From an uncultured virus (IMG/VR IMGVR_UViG_3300013005_004049) (taxonomy: Duplodnaviria > Heunggongvirae > Uroviricota > Caudoviricetes), in the IMG/VR virus record IMGVR_UViG_3300013005_004049, positions 52,198 through 72,197 of that record: a DNA stretch of 20,000 nucleotides; one strand, written 5' to 3'. The notes under the pieces were generated by a model, which ran no database searches, was not told where the DNA came from, and worked only from the letters and a program-made list of their open reading frames with translations. A program made the position numbers and the translations under genes. Below, one piece after another: positions 1-9,381 of this stretch. Positions within the stretch are counted from its first letter, which is position 1. Each line of letters begins with the position of its first letter.

Positions 1-302
1 CAGAACTCATGATCTTGTATGGTCAGCCCGCGCCAGCGATTGATGTTCATTTTGAGCCAGTCAATATGATAGTGGAACAGTCCGTCTGCCAGTGCAGCAA
101 ACACTGCAATAAAAGGATTGGTCATCCAACAGAGCACTGCCCAGGTCCCCACAATGTGCATGAGTGTGTGATGTACGCCACCCTCGGCACCGTAGATACC
201 TTTTTGTTGTACCATGTAATCAAATTGTAGTACAAAATCTGCTATGAAATGCTTGGCAAACAGTAGTGCAAGTATGGCAATAGTTAATTGAGCTTCTGTC
301 AT
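1..302 (-). CDS. DUF3307-like membrane protein (3' end runs off window)
   Basis: Hand translation, not in ORF track: MTEAQLTIAILALLFAKHFIADFVLQFDYMVQQKGIYGAEGGVHHTLMH...FHYHIDWLK. The H-x2-ADF-x-LQ, HxxxH and HxxID motifs are typical of DUF3307. Confidence 0.75.
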   Translation of the reverse strand, partial: MTEAQLTIAILALLFAKHFIADFVLQFDYMVQQKGIYGAEGGVHHTLMHIVGTWAVLCWMTNPFIAVFAALADGLFHYHIDWLKMNINRWRGLTIQDHEF

Positions 303-315
303 GTTGATATTTAAC

Positions 316-519
316 CTACCTAATCTGAAGCAGATTCATTTTACGCACAAGTTGAGCTTCAACTTGTCGCCAGAATCTATAGGCCCAGGTGTTGGGGTAC
401 ACTTTGTCTATCACATGGCGCACACTGTCAAGTTTACGCCCAATGGTCTCAATTTCATCACCCACAATCACTGCTCCCCTAGTGAATTGAAATCTTGAAA
501 TGTTGCGAGGTCGGTACAT
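316..519 (-). CDS. hypothetical small protein (~67 aa)
   Basis: ORF track 316..525. ATG at 519 lies 2 nt after the upstream stop (522), so it is the preferred start. Confidence 0.6.
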   Translation of the reverse strand: MYRPRNISRFQFTRGAVIVGDEIETIGRKLDSVRHVIDKVYPNTWAYRFWRQVEAQLVRKMNLLQIR

Positions 520-521
520 GG

Positions 522-698
522 TCAACTGTTAATGGTAGCATAGGGATCATAATTTTCTGGCTGTGGAAAGGCAGCATCCCATTCAGCTGGGTCAATGTTT
601 TCTATGTCTTGCCAATCGTAATCCTTGTCTACTAGCACGCCATCGTCATCGTAAAAAGGATCTTCTATCAAACGACCATATCCGGGTTCGCTCATCAT
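522..698 (-). CDS. small acidic hypothetical protein (58 aa)
   Basis: Hand translation MMSEPGYGRLIEDPFYDDDGVLVDKDYDWQDIENIDPAEWDAAFPQPENYDPYATINS. AGGAG SD just upstream; fills the gap between flanking ORFs. Confidence 0.7.
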   Translation of the reverse strand: MMSEPGYGRLIEDPFYDDDGVLVDKDYDWQDIENIDPAEWDAAFPQPENYDPYATINS

Positions 699-704
699 GC
701 TCTC

Positions 705-1031
705 CTATAGTTTGGGAATATTGTAGTTCACACCCTGTGGGCTTGGACGCTTGCGAATGCCCAGCTTGCTCCAATCTTGTTCTAGCATGGCTAGATTCTT
801 TTTGTCCTTTACCGTTGCACCTTCAATTTTGAGCGTGATAAAAGTTTTGTTGTATTTGGGTTCAAAAAATCTACCTGCATACACCAATTCCAACACCTGG
901 CGCATGCGTTCAGCTTGCACCTGTTGTGCAGAGCTGTAGTGTGTTTTGTTTGCACTAGAGCGCATGCGGGCATCACGGGCTGCCCACCATTTGTTAGACG
1001 CTTCTTCTGTGTTGATGAATTTTTCCTGCAT
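705..1031 (-). CDS. hypothetical protein (108 aa), first gene behind a strong sigma70-type promoter
   Basis: ORF with AGGAG SD 6 nt before the ATG; no recognisable domain. Confidence 0.75.
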   Translation of the reverse strand: MQEKFINTEEASNKWWAARDARMRSSANKTHYSSAQQVQAERMRQVLELVYAGRFFEPKYNKTFITLKIEGATVKDKKNLAMLEQDWSKLGIRKRPSPQGVNYNIPKL

Positions 1032-1062
1032 AGCAAGCTCCTATTTTTTGTAGAGTTTATGC

Positions 1063-1091
1063 AGTATAAGAAAAAGCCCAATTGTTGTCAA
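1063..1091 (-). promoter_or_regulatory. sigma70-type (phage early-like) promoter
   Basis: Minus strand TTGACA (1091-1086), 17-nt spacer, TATACT (1068-1063), in an intergenic gap. Confidence 0.8.
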
Positions 1092-1116
1092 CCAAGCATT
1101 TGTTGCAATTTTGCTA

Positions 1117-1959
1117 TTACACTGTTTCTAGCATTTCTAGCAACTTGTGCCCATTTTTCAAATAGGGCAAATGATTATGAATCATCACACCCACTTGATT
1201 TTTGTGCTCTGGCTGATTGGCTTTGAGTTTTTGGATAGCCATCTGCAACAGATCTATGTGCTGTCTTTGCCATAGTGCATTGATAACATGATTCCATTTG
1301 TGTTCGTTCCAGTTGTTCCAGTCTAATCTTTCGCAATAGAATTCTGCTGTTTCTCTGCGTCCAAAGCCAAATATGTTCCAGATACCATGAATACCCATAC
1401 TATCATGATATTGACCTAGTTCATAGCTGAATCGCTGAGCCAATGGCGTTGGGGCAAATTTCATGCCATAACGACTTTCCAACAAGGGCCTGTGATCTTG
1501 CCCTAGACACTTGTCTTCGTTGATAAAACTGTATTTGGCCAACAGTTTGATTTCTGGATCCTGGCAGGCCTGTAGGAACGCAGCACTGCGCAAACTGAGT
1601 CCGCCGTTGCCAATGTTTTGACCTTCTGGTTCGTTGGGCCACGGAGCTCCAATATAGTCGTACTCTAAGAACTCTGGTAGCCAGCGATTGCTTTGATGTA
1701 CCATGCTGTCATATTGGATATACAAAGCATGTCCTTGTGTAACATGCTGAGCTACTCCTTTGAGCATGAGTTCATTGTATTGTCTAAAATTTCGCACTGG
1801 CTCATGCGCAATAAATTTACTGCCAGGATAGAAATCCTGATCACTGATAACTATAACTTCTTTTACCGAGGGCAATAGTCTAAGTGTTGTGTCAAGAGCT
1901 CGCTTGGTAAGTTCATAATTAATGAACTCAATGGCCACTACGCTGATATCTAAAGTCAT
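1117..1959 (-). CDS. DUF5672 family protein (putative glycosyltransferase-like)
   Basis: Motifs QYD, YDYIGAPW, GNGGLSLRS, NED and GIHG. Confidence 0.75.
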   Translation of the reverse strand: MTLDISVVAIEFINYELTKRALDTTLRLLPSVKEVIVISDQDFYPGSKFIAHEPVRNFRQYNELMLKGVAQHVTQGHALYIQYDSMVHQSNRWLPEFLEYDYIGAPWPNEPEGQNIGNGGLSLRSAAFLQACQDPEIKLLAKYSFINEDKCLGQDHRPLLESRYGMKFAPTPLAQRFSYELGQYHDSMGIHGIWNIFGFGRRETAEFYCERLDWNNWNEHKWNHVINALWQRQHIDLLQMAIQKLKANQPEHKNQVGVMIHNHLPYLKNGHKLLEMLETV

Positions 1960-2819
1960 TTGAAAATTTGTAACACTTTATCTTTGTTAGGAAATTCTTC
2001 TTGAGACATCCATTCAATCATTTCTTCGCACACACTGCTTTGTTTGATCTTGTCTGCTTGAGTTTCCAATAGATCTAGATACCCAACTCCTGCCATACAA
2101 ACCACAGTGTGATGTGCTCTGTGAACTTCGTTCCAGGTATTTTCTGGTGCTCGTTGGATAAAATATTCAACGGTGTCTCTGGGCATGAACTGAACTATAT
2201 TCCAAAATCCATGATGTGCCATGGCATCAAATCCATCTGGAGCAAGTTCAATAGAAAATTTATTAGCCACTGGTGCAGGTGCAAAAACCATGCCCTGACT
2301 TTCTAACCAAGGCCTATGCACAATAGCAATATAGTTGTCTTCTTGAACACCATGCTCACTGGTTGGATCTAATTGTATATGTGGTGCTTGCAGTGCTTGT
2401 AGTAGTCTACGACTGCGCAAACTAAATCCGCCGTTGCCAACATTCTCACCGTGAGGACGCCACGGCCAAACTGCACCAATGTAGTCATTTAACAAAAACC
2501 AATCATGCCATCCATCACTTTTGTGAACCATGGCGTCCCATTGCTGAAATATCACATACTCAGTTTCAACATGTTCTAACATGCCTTTGAGCAGGAGATT
2601 GCAATAGTTCAGCATATTGCCATGCGGAATTTTTACATGCTTGGAACCTGGTAGAAAATCTTTGTCACTGAATACCAGTGCATGCTTAAAAGGCACTCGA
2701 CTCAGCGTTTCTTCCATGGCTCTTTTGGCCAAGTCATGATACATAGTTTCTATGGTCACAAGGGTAACATCATTCAAGGTACCACCTGATGGCCCAGATT
2801 TTGCATTGCTGATTGTCAT
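1956..2819 (-). CDS. DUF5672 family protein (tandem paralog)
   Basis: Motifs QWD, DYIGAVW, GNGGFSLRS, QED and AHHG; ATGA overlaps with both neighbours. Confidence 0.75.
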   Translation of the reverse strand: MTISNAKSGPSGGTLNDVTLVTIETMYHDLAKRAMEETLSRVPFKHALVFSDKDFLPGSKHVKIPHGNMLNYCNLLLKGMLEHVETEYVIFQQWDAMVHKSDGWHDWFLLNDYIGAVWPWRPHGENVGNGGFSLRSRRLLQALQAPHIQLDPTSEHGVQEDNYIAIVHRPWLESQGMVFAPAPVANKFSIELAPDGFDAMAHHGFWNIVQFMPRDTVEYFIQRAPENTWNEVHRAHHTVVCMAGVGYLDLLETQADKIKQSSVCEEMIEWMSQEEFPNKDKVLQIFK

Positions 2820-4051
2820 TGTATTTCTACTTTAGGAAAGTATTTGAGAAACTTGTCATTTGGATTCATTCGACGGCCAAGAATCTTCTTTTGAATGTCG
2901 TCAAAGTAATTCCAGGCCAGCGGAATAAACAGTATCTTGTCGCCGGGCTGATATTGATCCAAATGATCAATACTGACCACAGGTATGCTCATACCAGGCG
3001 AGTACTTGCCCTGCTTGAGCTCATTGTCGTCAATGATAAAATCCAGTTTGATCTTGCTAAAATTTAGCAGAGTGTTGCCTTTGGCAGCAGCACCATACCC
3101 GCCGAGGATATAGCCCTTGCGTCTGTACAACTCAACAAATGTCTTTAGTTCATCAACCAAGCGTAGTGTATTAGCAGCCCAATGAGCGTAGGTATCGTCT
3201 GTGTACAACCCAATGGTATTTTCCATTGCAATAATGTTTTTCACACGCTCAGGACGAGGACGCTTGCTCAACACAAACACATAGCTGATGCCGTGGATGG
3301 GAGTTTTGATAGCGTCCACAAGATACAAACCGGATCGTTCGGCCAGAGCCTTCATGCTCTTGACATTGAAGAAACTGATGTGTTCGTGATAGATTGTGTC
3401 AAATTCGTCATTTGGAACCATGTCAGCTTGACTGGTACTAACAAACATCAGGCTATTGCTATGCATAACATCTCGAACATTTTCCAGATAATTTACTAGA
3501 TCAGGAATGTGTGCAAATGCATTTTGACTGGTTATGATATCTATTTTACCATTGGCAGCATGTACAACTTCTGTGGCAGTATCTTTGTTCCAGAAATCAC
3601 ACACCACACGATGCCCGCTGCGTTGACTGACAGGAAACAAATTTTTAGCAGGGTCAACTCCGTAGGTTCTAAGGCCTTCGTCGATGAAAAAATTCAATTG
3701 ACTGCCATCGTTACAGCCAATATCCAACACAGTTTCTGGATTATGACCGGCGTGTGAGCGATACAATTCCATGGCAAATTTAGCATACCAGTGCATGTAA
3801 TGTAGATATGTTTTGCTGGTTCCACTCACATACAAATAATGCTCGTAGATCAGTTTAGGGTTCACTGCATGTGTGAGCTGTAGGTGATGGCAGTCTCGAC
3901 ACATGTTCACAGCCAGCGGAAAATACGGCTCACTGTCGCCGGGCTCTTCCTTGAACGCATTGGCCAATGGCTGATCGTTTAAGTCCAGCATGAGCACTAG
4001 ATTGTGTCCACCGCAGGCCAAACAAGAGTTTAATTGAGTAATATCATTCAT
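2816..4051 (-). CDS. NDP-hexose C-methyltransferase (TcaB9/TylC3/NovU type)
   Basis: N-terminal Zn site CLAC...CRDC, LDLNDQPLAN, SAM motif LDIGCNDG, DTIYHEH, C-terminal YGAAAKG and LAWNY. Confidence 0.85.
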   Translation of the reverse strand: MNDITQLNSCLACGGHNLVLMLDLNDQPLANAFKEEPGDSEPYFPLAVNMCRDCHHLQLTHAVNPKLIYEHYLYVSGTSKTYLHYMHWYAKFAMELYRSHAGHNPETVLDIGCNDGSQLNFFIDEGLRTYGVDPAKNLFPVSQRSGHRVVCDFWNKDTATEVVHAANGKIDIITSQNAFAHIPDLVNYLENVRDVMHSNSLMFVSTSQADMVPNDEFDTIYHEHISFFNVKSMKALAERSGLYLVDAIKTPIHGISYVFVLSKRPRPERVKNIIAMENTIGLYTDDTYAHWAANTLRLVDELKTFVELYRRKGYILGGYGAAAKGNTLLNFSKIKLDFIIDDNELKQGKYSPGMSIPVVSIDHLDQYQPGDKILFIPLAWNYFDDIQKKILGRRMNPNDKFLKYFPKVEIQ

Positions 4052-4970
4052 TGTCTAAGATCTTTTCTAGTGCGTTAAAGATTTTTTGATTGTCAAAACT
4101 TTTACTACAGGCCCACTTAACTGCATTTTCGCAAACAAGTTCTCGCACCGGAGGTGTCTGTCTTGCATAACAACCTAAACATTCCACATCGCTGGTCACA
4201 ACAGTAATATCTTTACCAAACTCACCGCTGCGTGTGGGCAGTATTTGCTCTGGCAACAGATGGCTGATCAATGCCACCATTGGTGTGCTAGTGGTGCCAG
4301 CAATATGAAAAGGTCCACTGTCTGGTCCGACAAACGCACGAGCTTTGGAAATTAAATATTGAATTTCTCCAATACTTAATTGTTCAACCAGATCAATATA
4401 ACGATCTGGTTGTGGTGGCACACGAAAATCGTATTTGGCCCCAACTGCCACAACTTTCATGGTAGGATATTTTTCATGCAAGCGAGTGAACATTGAGCTC
4501 CAGATTTCCAAATCAATGTTTTTGTTTTCCCAAGCCCAACGACGCATGTGTACCACAATGTAATCACTGTTGATTTCTTCAATCACTTGATCCACATTGG
4601 ATTTTTCTTCATCTGTGGGAAATATCTCCGGAGAATGGTCAACTGCCAGGCCTTCTTGGCCAAATGCTCTGTACAAGTAACTGTCCACATAGTGACTGGT
4701 CACTTGTTCTTCATAGGCATCATTGAGATTGACATACAAGTCCCAAGGATCTGCTTTTTGCATGTCGTCGGGTTTTACCACTTGACTCACATGAGGATTA
4801 TTATGCAATACATCAGGTTCTTCTGTAACCACTTGCAAAAAAGCATCAGGATGTCTACGACGCAGTTCTCGCAGCACAGGTGTGATCATGACTAGATCTC
4901 CAAGTGCTCTACGACGGTCAACCAGAATTCTAGTTTGGTGACCTCCTTTGTATTCTGTTTTAGCGTACAT
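4044..4970 (-). CDS. glycosyltransferase family 9 (heptosyltransferase-like)
   Basis: RRALGDLVMITPVLRELRR...NNPHV and FVGPDSGPFHIA motifs. Start reassigned from TTG 4997 to ATG 4970. Confidence 0.8.
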   Translation of the reverse strand: MYAKTEYKGGHQTRILVDRRRALGDLVMITPVLRELRRRHPDAFLQVVTEEPDVLHNNPHVSQVVKPDDMQKADPWDLYVNLNDAYEEQVTSHYVDSYLYRAFGQEGLAVDHSPEIFPTDEEKSNVDQVIEEINSDYIVVHMRRWAWENKNIDLEIWSSMFTRLHEKYPTMKVVAVGAKYDFRVPPQPDRYIDLVEQLSIGEIQYLISKARAFVGPDSGPFHIAGTTSTPMVALISHLLPEQILPTRSGEFGKDITVVTSDVECLGCYARQTPPVRELVCENAVKWACSKSFDNQKIFNALEKILDNE

Positions 4971-5673
4971 ATTCGCTTTCTGGATAGTTGTTTTCAAAAT
5001 GCCAACCCGGAGTTTGTTTGCCCGGAGTGTTGGCTATTTCAAACCAAGTTGGGTTAGCACTGCCAATCCAGGCTTCATGGTCGTAACGGAAATTACCGCC
5101 ATCTAGCACTGCTCCGGTGAGCTTGCTAGGAGTGCCCCATGCATACTGCTCTGGAGAAGTTAGAGCAGTGAGTTTTTTGATATAACTGCTCTTGCTCCAC
5201 CAAAAATTACCTGAACTGTGCAACCACGGTTGTTCAATGACATTGGTACCCACTAGGTCGTAGCCACTGTCTAGTTTTTCAACACAGGTACGCCAATTGT
5301 CAATCATCCAGTATTCCATAAAGTTGCGCCAGTCTGTAACGCGGCCGTCGCCCAGCCTACTGAGTCCTTTAAGGTGGAAGTAGAATATATTGTACTCCTC
5401 ATCAGCAGCATCACAGTTGCGCTTGACTAGATCCAGTGTAGGATATTCCCACAAATCTGTTCTGTTGCTGGTATGAATAAATTTTATATTTCTTTCATTG
5501 GCCAGCACATTCTGTGCATCAATAAAATTAAGCTCGTTGCCATTGGTGCACAAAAATACAGTTTCTGCTGTTTCTAACAACTCATGCTCGCTGAGTCTAG
5601 TCAACTGCTCACTCATGAGTTCATGTGCTCCTGGCAAATCGTTTAGGTGCATAAAAATTTTAATCTTGTTCAT
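4960..5673 (-). CDS. hypothetical protein, possibly glycan-related transferase
   Basis: 237-aa ORF within the operon; motifs EYPTL, YFHLKG, SGNFWW. Function inferred from context only. Confidence 0.5.
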   Translation of the reverse strand: MNKIKIFMHLNDLPGAHELMSEQLTRLSEHELLETAETVFLCTNGNELNFIDAQNVLANERNIKFIHTSNRTDLWEYPTLDLVKRNCDAADEEYNIFYFHLKGLSRLGDGRVTDWRNFMEYWMIDNWRTCVEKLDSGYDLVGTNVIEQPWLHSSGNFWWSKSSYIKKLTALTSPEQYAWGTPSKLTGAVLDGGNFRYDHEAWIGSANPTWFEIANTPGKQTPGWHFENNYPESEYVR

Positions 5674-6464
5674 TTTAGTCCTTTATAAACACTTTCAGCT
5701 GTGGCCACTTGGCTACGCTTTTTAATAAGTTCCATGATTTCTGGATTATCTTTTTGATCTTCTCGAGGTACGAATAGTGCTTTGCCTCGATCGCTAGCAT
5801 CCGCAGCTGGATCCGTGACATAGTAAACGGCAAGGCTTTGACGCATGACCCCTGCTGGACAAACAAGGTCCTTGGGTAAGCCATGCCACGAATATTGAGT
5901 CGTGTCAAAGAGCACTGCACGGTTGAATCGATTTTCAACTGTGGTGACCAACTCTTTGGCTCTTGCTGTTTCTGAATCATGACTCCATAACTCCAACCCA
6001 CCTCCCCAGTCCGCACTCCAATCAGGTGTAATGTACACAATTAGATTGTAATGTCTTTCTAATTTTAACTTAGGATGTATGCTGTAGTCAAGATGTATAT
6101 TCAACTTTCCGGCCTGGGTATGAGCATGCCATCCGCCGCCGTGTAGTCCTACATCTGCCTTGACTTCTGTGTTGCCTGTGATTTTGCTCACTATGGTTTC
6201 GAACGCTGTGCTGCACAGATAATGCAAAACAGAGTAAGTGGTAGCAGGAAACTTATCCCAATGATTACAGGCTTTTTTGTTTTCTATGGGATTGTTGTAG
6301 TGTGCATTCCAAACAGGGCTGTCATAATCTGGAAATTCTTTTACCAATTGCTGAACTGTTTCTTGTGTAAAGAAATTGTCCATGACAATATAATTAAACG
6401 GCTTGTTGGCAAGAAACTGTGTTTGTAGTGCTTGCCAATCTCGTTGAGTCAGAATATTATCCAT
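5670..6464 (-). CDS. 2OG-Fe(II) oxygenase (prolyl 4-hydroxylase-like)
   Basis: HLD...HG facial triad, WGGGLELW, FNRAVLF, and a distal R in RQSLAVYY. Confidence 0.85.
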   Translation of the reverse strand: MDNILTQRDWQALQTQFLANKPFNYIVMDNFFTQETVQQLVKEFPDYDSPVWNAHYNNPIENKKACNHWDKFPATTYSVLHYLCSTAFETIVSKITGNTEVKADVGLHGGGWHAHTQAGKLNIHLDYSIHPKLKLERHYNLIVYITPDWSADWGGGLELWSHDSETARAKELVTTVENRFNRAVLFDTTQYSWHGLPKDLVCPAGVMRQSLAVYYVTDPAADASDRGKALFVPREDQKDNPEIMELIKKRSQVATAESVYKGLK

Positions 6465-6471
6465 GCTTTCC

Positions 6472-7197
6472 TTAGTTCACAATTGGAATTCCATTTGGAG
6501 CGATGTTTCCGTAAACACCCACTTGGTCAACTTCGTACACATGCTGTTTGGGAATAGCGTGGTATAGGCAGTGTTCAATGTCAGCATATCCGCCCATGCT
6601 CATGCGTTGTTTCATGTAGTCGCGCCCGGTTTCGTACCAGGCAATCATGTCTGCATGCATGGCTTTGGGCCAGCTGAGTAATCTGCACATGTACTGCATG
6701 TTCAACCCAGTTACTTCAATTGGAAACTGACTGGCCACACTCTTGCCAATTACCACCTTGTCTTTTACTTGTGGTTGATTGTAAAAGTCAATGTCAAATT
6801 TCTCATTGAGCAGATATCTTCCACTCATTTTGAAAATTCTATCTTGATCATCAATTTCGCCAGCATCCTGTAGCGTTCTAAGACTGATAGGAAAAGTAGT
6901 TAGCTCGGTTAGATTCTTTACAACATCCCAATTGTTGTACCAACTTGGATTGTTGTAAATGTAGTTCACTTCGCTGTTGGTAGTGAAATCAATGTACAAA
7001 TCAGCAGCGTCCATGAGTGCTGTTTCCACAGTTGAATGAACACCAGCGCCACTTACTTCATTGACTACAATTTTACAGCCCGGCACACGCTCGCGAAGGC
7101 ATGCAATGGTATCCAGCGTCATGTCGCGACGCTGTTCCCAGGTATAGATACCAAAGCGAGTGTGTACTGCTGATGTTACAATAAAAGTTGTTTTCAT
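6472..7197 (-). CDS. hypothetical protein (FKxSGRY motif; glycan-cluster associated)
   Basis: ATG at 7197 overlaps the rfbB stop (ATGA); motifs FIVTSA, FKMSGRY, DIEH. Confidence 0.55.
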   Translation of the reverse strand: MKTTFIVTSAVHTRFGIYTWEQRRDMTLDTIACLRERVPGCKIVVNEVSGAGVHSTVETALMDAADLYIDFTTNSEVNYIYNNPSWYNNWDVVKNLTELTTFPISLRTLQDAGEIDDQDRIFKMSGRYLLNEKFDIDFYNQPQVKDKVVIGKSVASQFPIEVTGLNMQYMCRLLSWPKAMHADMIAWYETGRDYMKQRMSMGGYADIEHCLYHAIPKQHVYEVDQVGVYGNIAPNGIPIVN

Positions 7198-8225
7198 TTG
7201 CGCAACCAACGATCGTTGATCAGGGTCCAGTCCACTACTTCTTTCACACGCTCAGACAGTTTGATCTTGGGAATCCATCCCAGACTTTCTAGTAGGCCAC
7301 CGTCCAGTGCATAGCGCAGATCATGTCCCGGGCGTGAGCTGTGGAAATCAACCATTTCATACTTGAGCTCTTTGCCTTGTGCTCGTGCAATAATGTGTGC
7401 CAACTCAAGGTTGTCAATTTCTTCTGGACCAACCAAGTTAAACTTGGGACACTTGGCACCGCCGTAGTCGCTTTCGTGCTTGTAGTTTTGCAGTTTTTCC
7501 AAAACAAACATCAGGCCATCAGCCACATCTTTGGCATGAATGTAGTGCCGTGATCCTGCTTGTGTTTTGGTTGGGTCGCTGTGTACAGTAACCACTTCGC
7601 CATCACGCACTTTTTGGATCACCATGGGAATGTATTTTTCCGGATGCTGGCGCTCGCCAAACACATTCATGGTATGTGTGACCACAATAGGCATCTTGTA
7701 GGTGTTTTCAAATGCCACACACAGTTCTTCTGCAGCCGCTTTACTCGCTGAATACGGATTGGTTGAATTGTACCGATCGTACTCTTTGTAGTTCACGCCA
7801 GGAGGTGCTGGACCAAACACTTCGTCAGTTGAGAAGTTGATAAATCGTTCTAGATTGGGCAGGGTTCTAGCCCACTGTAGCAGGTTAACTGTGCCTACCA
7901 CATTGTCCATAACAAACTCCATTGGGTACTCAATGGAACGATCCACATGTGACCCTGCGGCAAGATGCAGTACATAGTGAATGTCTCCAATCATGCCTGA
8001 TGTGAGTGGACTAATTTCTGCTTTGAGATCATGGAACACTGGCTTGACCCGTTTACGAATTTCTGGTGCATGATCCTGCATCATGTCTGCCAGACGATTT
8101 AGGTTTCCACTGAAATCCAATCGATCCAGTGTGACTATGTTCCAGTCAGTTGTGCGTAGAATGCGATCAATAATATGATGCGCAATGAAACCGGCGCCGC
8201 CGGTTATGAGGACATTTTTACTCAA
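7194..8225 (-). CDS. rfbB: dTDP-glucose 4,6-dehydratase (NDP-sugar 4,6-dehydratase, SDR)
   Basis: TGGAGFIA, HLAAGSHVDRSI, STDEVFG, YSASKA and RPGHDLRY. TTG start at 8225 with GGAG SD. Confidence 0.85.
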   Translation of the reverse strand: MSKNVLITGGAGFIAHHIIDRILRTTDWNIVTLDRLDFSGNLNRLADMMQDHAPEIRKRVKPVFHDLKAEISPLTSGMIGDIHYVLHLAAGSHVDRSIEYPMEFVMDNVVGTVNLLQWARTLPNLERFINFSTDEVFGPAPPGVNYKEYDRYNSTNPYSASKAAAEELCVAFENTYKMPIVVTHTMNVFGERQHPEKYIPMVIQKVRDGEVVTVHSDPTKTQAGSRHYIHAKDVADGLMFVLEKLQNYKHESDYGGAKCPKFNLVGPEEIDNLELAHIIARAQGKELKYEMVDFHSSRPGHDLRYALDGGLLESLGWIPKIKLSERVKEVVDWTLINDRWLRK

Positions 8226-8254
8226 TTTGATTCTCCAAAGATCATTGATGCTAT

Positions 8255-8262
8255 TATTTATA
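8255..8262 (-). promoter_or_regulatory. T4-type late promoter consensus
   Basis: Exact TATAAATA on the minus strand ~30 nt upstream of the rfbB start. Confidence 0.6.
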
Positions 8263-8298
8263 GTTGGCATTTTGAGCCAGTGTGTTTTTTAATACGCC

Positions 8299-8327
8299 TT
8301 GCTCTGTACTATTAAATATCGTATACT
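8299..8327 (+). promoter_or_regulatory. sigma70-like promoter overlapping a TAAATA box, upstream of gmd
   Basis: TTGCTC (8299-8304), 17 nt, TATACT (8322-8327); TAAATA at 8313-8318. Confidence 0.45.
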
Positions 8328-8358
8328 CTACTATAGATTATTTTTCAATGGAGATCAA

Positions 8359-9381
8359 GTGAAAAAGGCACTCATCACAGGTATCACTGGCCAAGACGGC
8401 TCTTACCTAGCAGAACTACTGTTAGAAAAAGGCTACGAAGTTCATGGACTGGTGCGCCGCAATTCAAATTTTGAAATCATTCCCAACATACAACATATCC
8501 GTAATCAAATAACTTTGCACTACGGTGATCTAACTGACAGTGGTAATCTTCGTAACATCATGCTGCGAGTACGCCCAGACGAAGTTTATAACTTGGCTGC
8601 ACAGAGTCATGTGCATGTGAGTTTTGATGTGCCAGAGTTCACAGCTGAAACAAACGCAGTTGGTGTGCTCAACATGCTAGAAGCTGTGCGAGCACTACAC
8701 GCAGAACAGCCTGTGCGCTTTTATCAGGCCAGCACCAGTGAGATGTTTGGCAAAGTTCAGGAAACTCCGCAGAAAGAAACCACACCGTTTTATCCAAGAT
8801 CACCGTATGGAGTGGCCAAGGTGTATGGCTACTGGATCACCATAAACTATCGTGAAAGCTACGGATTGCATGCCAGCAACGGCATACTGTTCAATCACGA
8901 AAGTCCTCGCCGAGGCGAAACTTTTGTAACTAGAAAAATCACCAAAGGCATCGCACAGATAGTTGCAGGCAAACAAAAAGAGTCCATTAAATTGGGCAAT
9001 CTTGATGCTGTACGAGACTGGGGTCATGCTCGCGACTTTGTGGAAGGCATGTGGCTGATGCTGCAACAGGACCAGCCCGGAGACTATGTGTTGGCCACTG
9101 GCGAAGGATACACTGTGCGGGATTTTATCAACATGGCCATGGTAGCCAACAATATCAGTTTTGCCTGGTTTGGTAACGGCATCAATGAAAAAGCCATTGA
9201 TTTGGTCACAGGCAAGGTGTTTATTGAAGTAGATGAAAAACTGTATCGTCCTGCAGAAGTAAGCGTGTTGTGCGGTGACAGCAGCAAGGCTCAGCAGCAG
9301 TTGGGGTGGTCAAGAAAATATGACATCGAAGGCCTAATCCGAGACATGGTAGCACATGATCGCGCAGAGGCAGGCCTATGA
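8359..9381 (+). CDS. gmd: GDP-mannose 4,6-dehydratase
   Basis: [56 protein letters not shown] and RDWGHA. GTG start with GGAG SD. Confidence 0.95.
   Translation: MKKALITGITGQDGSYLAELLLEKGYEVHGLVRRNSNFEIIPNIQHIRNQITLHYGDLTDSGNLRNIMLRVRPDEVYNLAAQSHVHVSFDVPEFTAETNAVGVLNMLEAVRALHAEQPVRFYQASTSEMFGKVQETPQKETTPFYPRSPYGVAKVYGYWITINYRESYGLHASNGILFNHESPRRGETFVTRKITKGIAQIVAGKQKESIKLGNLDAVRDWGHARDFVEGMWLMLQQDQPGDYVLATGEGYTVRDFINMAMVANNISFAWFGNGINEKAIDLVTGKVFIEVDEKLYRPAEVSVLCGDSSKAQQQLGWSRKYDIEGLIRDMVAHDRAEAGL

Noticed and set aside
1101..1116. Short inverted repeat (GCAA-TT-TTGC) just upstream of the -35 box
   Set aside because: It could be an operator, but it is too short and single-copy here to support.
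8226..8358. N-terminal extensions of rfbB (to 8270) and gmd (from 8299)
   Set aside because: SD-preceded TTG 8225 and GTG 8359 match the family N-termini, and the extensions cover promoter motifs.
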